Origin: Azolla caroliniana
Lineage: Eukaryota; Plantae; Polypodiophyta
Direction: 5' to 3'
Assembly: GCA_043228905.1 (NCBI GenBank)
Contig: JBHGNT010000014.1
Span: forward strand, 4,588,001-4,652,000
Length of the DNA stretch: 64,000 bases
The notes under the pieces are model-generated. The model worked only from the letters and a program-made list of their open reading frames with translations. It made no database searches and was not told the origin of the DNA. Shown here piece after piece: positions 58,707-64,000 of this stretch (the stretch's first letter is position 1; each line of letters starts with the position of its first letter). The translations under genes and the position numbers were made by a program.

Positions 58707-61700
58707 AACTGACAAGCTGGTATTTGCAAGGTTTTTGCTCTCTCAAAATTGTTTCCCGTATATTACTAAGAACGTTATGATACCTATTCTGACTTGTAGA
58801 ACCAAATATATAATCACTGAATAGATCTCTTCGCTGATTGAGGCTCTGAAATAGCTATACTCTAAAGCGAAAAAGATGTCGAAATTTTACTTTTACTGTA
58901 CGTACATCCACATGCAAATTAGTTCATTTTTTTGTTTCGTCATATACATTTAAAGAGGGTTACCAAGACTGTGCATCTAAATATCTTTTTTTATTTTCAA
59001 GAAAGGAGATAACAGTGGTACCAAATTAAGCGAGCTCGTTTCAAGTTTTCTTGAGGGAGAAAGAAAAAGTATTTTGATGGGATGTCTTTCACTAATAAGA
59101 GGAGTTATAATGTTAAAATTGCTGAACAAGTAGAAAATGTTTATGGTAATCTTCTTTTACATTAACATAACTGTAATTCAATATTTGGAGGCAACAAAAG
59201 AGGAACATAATATCAAAACAAGGGCATTATACCCCCTCAAAACAAGTCTTATCATAGTATTAAAAGCATACACTAAGATTGTGTAAGGAGATGACTGAAT
59301 AGATTAAGTATAGCCTAAAGTAGTGCCAACTCATTTTAAAATAGAATAATTTAGAGATACATACCTGAAGAACACATCAAATACAAGGTATCAATATCAA
59401 ACATCAGTTAATATGTCAATGTCTGCCATGCAGACTTGAATGTTTACACACATGATGAAAAGGGCTCAATTTGTTTTCAATGATTTCAAGTTAAGTGATG
59501 GAAACACAGAGGCTTTGCATATGTAACATGTACAAGGAATTAAACATGAATAGTAATAGAAGGGCATAATATCTAACGATCAACAAAATAAGTCCAGTTA
59601 TGCTTGATCGACCAAGTACATAGTAATACTTAAAAGCCACATTGATATGACTCCTTGTGTGAATGTGAATTTGATCTTAAATATATAGAAGGGGATGATA
59701 GTAAAAGTGTGTTTGCTTTTATTATGAGACGTATGTGTAATTTGTTATTTGTTGTGAATTCCTTGATGGTATGATGAAGTAGACAATCATATCGTGACAC
59801 AACATGGGGATGGCTGAAAGATTAAACTCCTCAATAGAGTTACATCCTCTTAGTCTAAATCATTACATGCATCAATCAATATAACTTCTACTCTATGTGT
59901 TGCCTTTTGCATTCTAGAAGCATGTTGAGATTAGAAGCCACTGAAAAGGCCAAGCAATTCGTACTCAGCTTGTAAATAGAGGGATATGCAATATTCATTG
60001 TAATAGTGGACTATTTTGTATACTACCTCTAGCCACTTTAATTTTAATACCAATGGAGCATAATTTTATGGAAAAAAAGTGTGTTGAGATTGATATTTGC
60101 ATTTTGAATTTCATTCATTTATGTTGAGTGAGAAATTTGAGAGTGACATGTTAGGCAAATCGATTCAAGTTGAAGGGGAGGAATTTTACATCAAATTCAA
60201 CAATAAGATATCAAATTGATACCTATTGGAAGGGGGAATGTTGATATTTATGATGTAATCGTTAGTATGAAGGATGTTTTTCTATAATAATTTCTCAATA
60301 TTAAAAGTTATAGCTTTGAAGATTGAATAATTAGATTTGCATAAAGAATTTCTTTTTTAGTAAATATTTTCGTGCAAGTTACATTTATTTGTATAGTAGG
60401 TGTCAAGGTTGGCAAATCTTAGCTATGAAGTAATATTTTTCAAGTCAAAAGAGAAAATTTGCAACAACATTCGATATATAATTAGGTTTGCAAGAGCAAA
60501 CATGCATTCGATTTGAGTTGATTGCATAAATTGTGGAGTGCAAGAGCAGACTAGATTGGCATGTTTTTGTGTGCAAAGGGAGGAAAATGATTAAAATCCA
60601 ATGTTTTAAAGTGGGTTAAGGTTCTACCTAAAGATGTATTTGAAAATAGTTGATCATGAAGTCAACAAATAAAGATAACTTGATTTGTGAATGGTAATCA
60701 CATACATGATAAGGACAAAAGCTCAAACCTTGTTAAGGGCAACAAAGGGGAATTGGTGGTTAACGAAGTGCAATTTTTGTGAAAGTCGAGCATTAGAGAC
60801 TAGGCAACAAAGGGGACTTGGTGGTTAACATTGCACAGAAATAGGACTGATATTTTATTCTGTAAAAAGAAAAGAAAATGAGGTGTCAATTTTTGTGAAA
60901 GTCAAGTATTAGGGACTAGTGACAATGCGTGTTACAAAAATGAACTTTTTGTTTTGGTGTGAGGGCTCTTGAAAGTTATATAGGATGAAGAGAGCTCATT
61001 GCCATGGATGGTGTTGAGACCTAGGATTTCTTAAAATACAGTTTAACATGGGGTAGTGAATCATGAGGGTGCATAGAATGTGTAGGACCTATGATGGCAA
61101 AAGGCAACATAGTTGTTGATCATAGACTTGCTACGCCAAAACTCGAGGATCTTCCTCCAACACTCTATATTTTATTCTTACATCTTCTTAATTTGTCACA
61201 ACTTATGTAATAAGATTAATCATTGCAAAAGCTCTTCGTTGTGCTTGATTTCAAATATTTTTTGGGTTTATTGTAGTTGTGGGGAATTTTTTTGAACATC
61301 ATATATTAGAAAATTTATACTTGAACTACAAAATTTGCACATACATAGGATTCGAAGTTGCGATAGCAAATTTCAAGATTTCTAGCACTTGACTAGCCGG
61401 CCAATGCTTGTACATTGGAAGTTTAAATCTTATGAAAAGGGAAACGAGAGGTTAGAAAAATAAATATTAATCAAAACAAAAAGGAAAGTTAAAGAAGAGA
61501 AGATGAAGGTGATGAGATGCAAAGCCGAAGGATGTGTGTGCTCATTGACAAGCAATACAGAGGAAGGGGAAAGGAGCAATACAGAGGAAGAGGATGTGTT
61601 GCTCATTCACATTTTTCCAAAATATTCGCCTAGACATTAGTAAGCTAATTGTCTGGTTCTCGCGAATTACTATTGAGTTTGAATGTTGCGGCATACAAGA

Positions 61701-61939
61701 GATCAACTTGGTTTGTGCTGACACGTACTCAAGGTAACTGTATCTGAAATGGCCGTTGGCACTGAAATTTTCAAAATTTTGCTGCTGAATCTGAACGTTT
61801 GACGAGCAATGCCGTTCAACGAGTACCAGCACATGACGAAACCTTCAACAACACTTGACTTACACATGGCAATCCTGTTGTAAGCGGCCCTCAGGATGCA
61901 GCACAAAACCCACACTTCCCCTATGAAGATCTTTATTTG

Positions 61940-62249
61940 ATGATGAATAAAGTCATGAAGAACAAATCTACAAGAATCAATGGAGGTAACAGTAACAAGA
62001 AACAAGATCAAGAGAACAAGGAAATAGAGAGACACCAAGGTAGGCACAAATATATGTAATTGTATTAATGCTCTCAAAGTTACAATGGCACACCAATGTA
62101 ATGAACAACGTTGAACTAGGTTACAAAGTTCAGTTTAAATACAAACTGAATTAGGGCAACTTCCCTTTCCAATATTTACAAATATGGCCTATACCTAGTC
62201 TGTCCAATGGGACAATGTGAATACGTCCATTATGAACCCGTATTCGACA
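61940..62249 (-). repeat. Old LTR distantly related to the C1 LTRs
   Basis: GTTACAAAG...TTTAAATAC.AACTGA..TAGGG...CCCTTTC block resembles 24745-24882; left edge uncertain. Confidence 0.5.
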
Positions 62250-62599
62250 CGACCTTGTGTGGACCGAAATGTTCAAAACCAAAGCTACACATCACGAAGA
62301 GATGATGTGAGTTGATAAGACACATGAACCTACTTCATCTAACCCCACTCGATACCACGGAGGGTGGTTGACCCCATGCACTTGAGCACGACGAATAGTA
62401 GCCCGAATGAGGAGCACGTGCGAAGACCATCAACAACGCCACACATGAACATGAACCCCACACCTAACCGAACAACGTTGACACCTCCTAATGCTGGATT
62501 AGCAGTGGCGTTGCAATCTATCCAAACTCGTGTCCAAAATGGAAAAGGAGCGTGTACCCGTTGATACCTAACTAAGCTCCCCAAATGATAACGGGAAGA

Positions 62600-62888
62600 G
62601 CATCTCAATTTCAAAGTTAGTCCCTCAATTTCTCGGCTTTGGCGATGCCTATGATCATGTCGAGAGATTCAAACAAATATGCCGAGCATACGAACCCCTC
62701 ACAAAAGTCACCAAAGTCGTGGACTTTGGGCCCACACTCGACAATCAAGCAGGAATTTGGTTCTAAACCCTAAATGAAGATATCGTTGCCGACTTCGAGT
62801 ACATCATCGAAGACTTCCTAATCGACTTCATTCGAAGAGGGAATAAGTGCAATCCAATCAATTAACTTTTTGCCCTCAAGCTGTCGGA
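62600..62888 (+). pseudogene. Degenerate Ty3/gypsy gag fragment
   Basis: PQFLGFGDAYDHVERFKQIC...LDNQAGIWF*TL...DFEYIIEDF resembles a retrotransposon capsid. Confidence 0.55.
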
Positions 62889-63844
62889 TGTATGAGGACC
62901 TGTCGTATTATGCTCAACAAACAACACAGAAAGTATGACAGAGGAAGAAACATAAACGTAGACCTAGTTTGGAGCTCTTTCACTCTCACTATGTAACTCT
63001 ACACATTCAAGAAGATTATCGTTACAATGTTAGGGTTGAGCTTACATACTCAAGACTTAACTAGAGGATGTGTTCACACTAGGATACAAAGTGGAAGGAG
63101 TCGGCCTTTTATGCAACAAACTCCCCCGTAAAAGGACTACTCTTTCTGCATACGATGTCAAGGGGTTATCTCCCCCGTAAACCTAGAGTATAATTTAATC
63201 TAAAGTTATAGTTAGGACAAGTCAGTTGGCATATAGACGAGTCGGCAGAGATAAAGTCGGTATCTAGCTTGATTCGGCTAGTCATCCGGGTCAGTTTGTT
63301 CGAATAAGTCAGATCGTCTTGTCTTACCTCTTGCTCCTTGCTCGAGGTTCTTTGGCTTGGTCACTTGTCATAGTCCCATCCTTGTCCTTAGTTCGTTAAA
63401 GTGATGTTCTCAGAGTGGCATTGTCAGGCAATCGACGATGTTCACCTCGGTGTCGATCTTCCGGATTTCGAGCTTCTTCTCTGTTACTAGCTCCCGGATG
63501 TGATGATATTGCACCTCAATATGCTTTTTCTTTGCATCATAGACAGGATTATAGATGAGGTGTATTACGCTCAATGAGTCGCATAAGATGGTCAACACTG
63601 GTTGGTCGATTCGACTTGTTGTCGAGAAGTTGGCAGTCAGTCGGTACAACCAAATGGTTTCCTTCGTTGCTTCGGATGCTACCATGTACTCAAGCTCTGT
63701 GGTAGAAAGGGCCGTGCACTCTTGCAACTTCGACCTCCATGGTATGGCATCGCCACCATAGGTGAAGATACAACATGATGTCGACTTCCGTTTATCTAGA
63801 TTCCCAACATAGTTAGAGCCGGTATAGCCTTCGAAAGTCAATTG
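62889..63844 (-). mobile_element. 3' end of Ty1/copia E (RNase H, PPT, 3' LTR)
   Basis: RKSTS...ALSTTELEY...ILCDSLS...KHIEVQYH; PPT CGGGGGAGTT; LTR 62889-63118. Confidence 0.85.
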
Positions 63845-64000
63845 TGTTGGGAATTCAATCCCTCTGGATGGGATCCGGTTATGAATGAAGAGGACCCGGT
63901 GAGAACCAAAAGAGATCCGGAAACCGAATTGGATGGACCCGGTGAGAACCGGAACAGAAGACATATTTGTAAATATGTTTTGAGTAAGCCTATTGAGGCT
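63845..64000 (+). mobile_element. Start of an A1-like LTR inserted in E (runs off the window)
   Basis: TGTTGGGAA...GGATGGGAT...TTATGAATGAAGAGGACCCGGTGAGAA matches 21537 onward. Confidence 0.88.

Noticed and set aside
58900-61500. Possible second gene or transposase downstream of TyrA
   Set aside because: AT-rich with no convincing ORF, exon chain or motif by eye; may be very old TE debris
255-64000. Orientation bias of nested insertions
   Set aside because: Roughly 8 antisense versus 4 sense cases; too few to separate from chance

Overview
Eukaryotic plant genomic DNA, probably from a seed-free land plant (inferred from the retroelement types, a moss/fern-like 5S fragment and an intron-rich TyrA gene). 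Positions 1-52205 are a deeply nested LTR-retrotransposon pile. A very young, intact Ty3/gypsy element (255-7408, tRNA-Trp PBS, 4-bp TSD) sits antisense inside an older relative whose LTR carries a ~105-bp tandem array. A Ty1/copia element (B1, from 15967) has been split by five primary insertions, with nesting up to six levels deep. After a 100-N gap comes a microsatellite/MITE-rich region and the only host gene, a 7-exon plastid-type arogenate dehydrogenase (54149-58706), followed by more retroelement relics. Best leads: (1) a conserved -1 frameshift cassette between protease and RT with compensatory stem changes; (2) a copia family with a ~180-aa coding tail after RNase H, bracketed by two copies of the polypurine tract; (3) a 5S rRNA-derived (Cassandra-like) segment replacing the integrase core of a copia; (4) an apparent Gag-capsid swap in an intact copia. 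Family labels A-G are my own working names. Alignments were made by eye and no database search was run.
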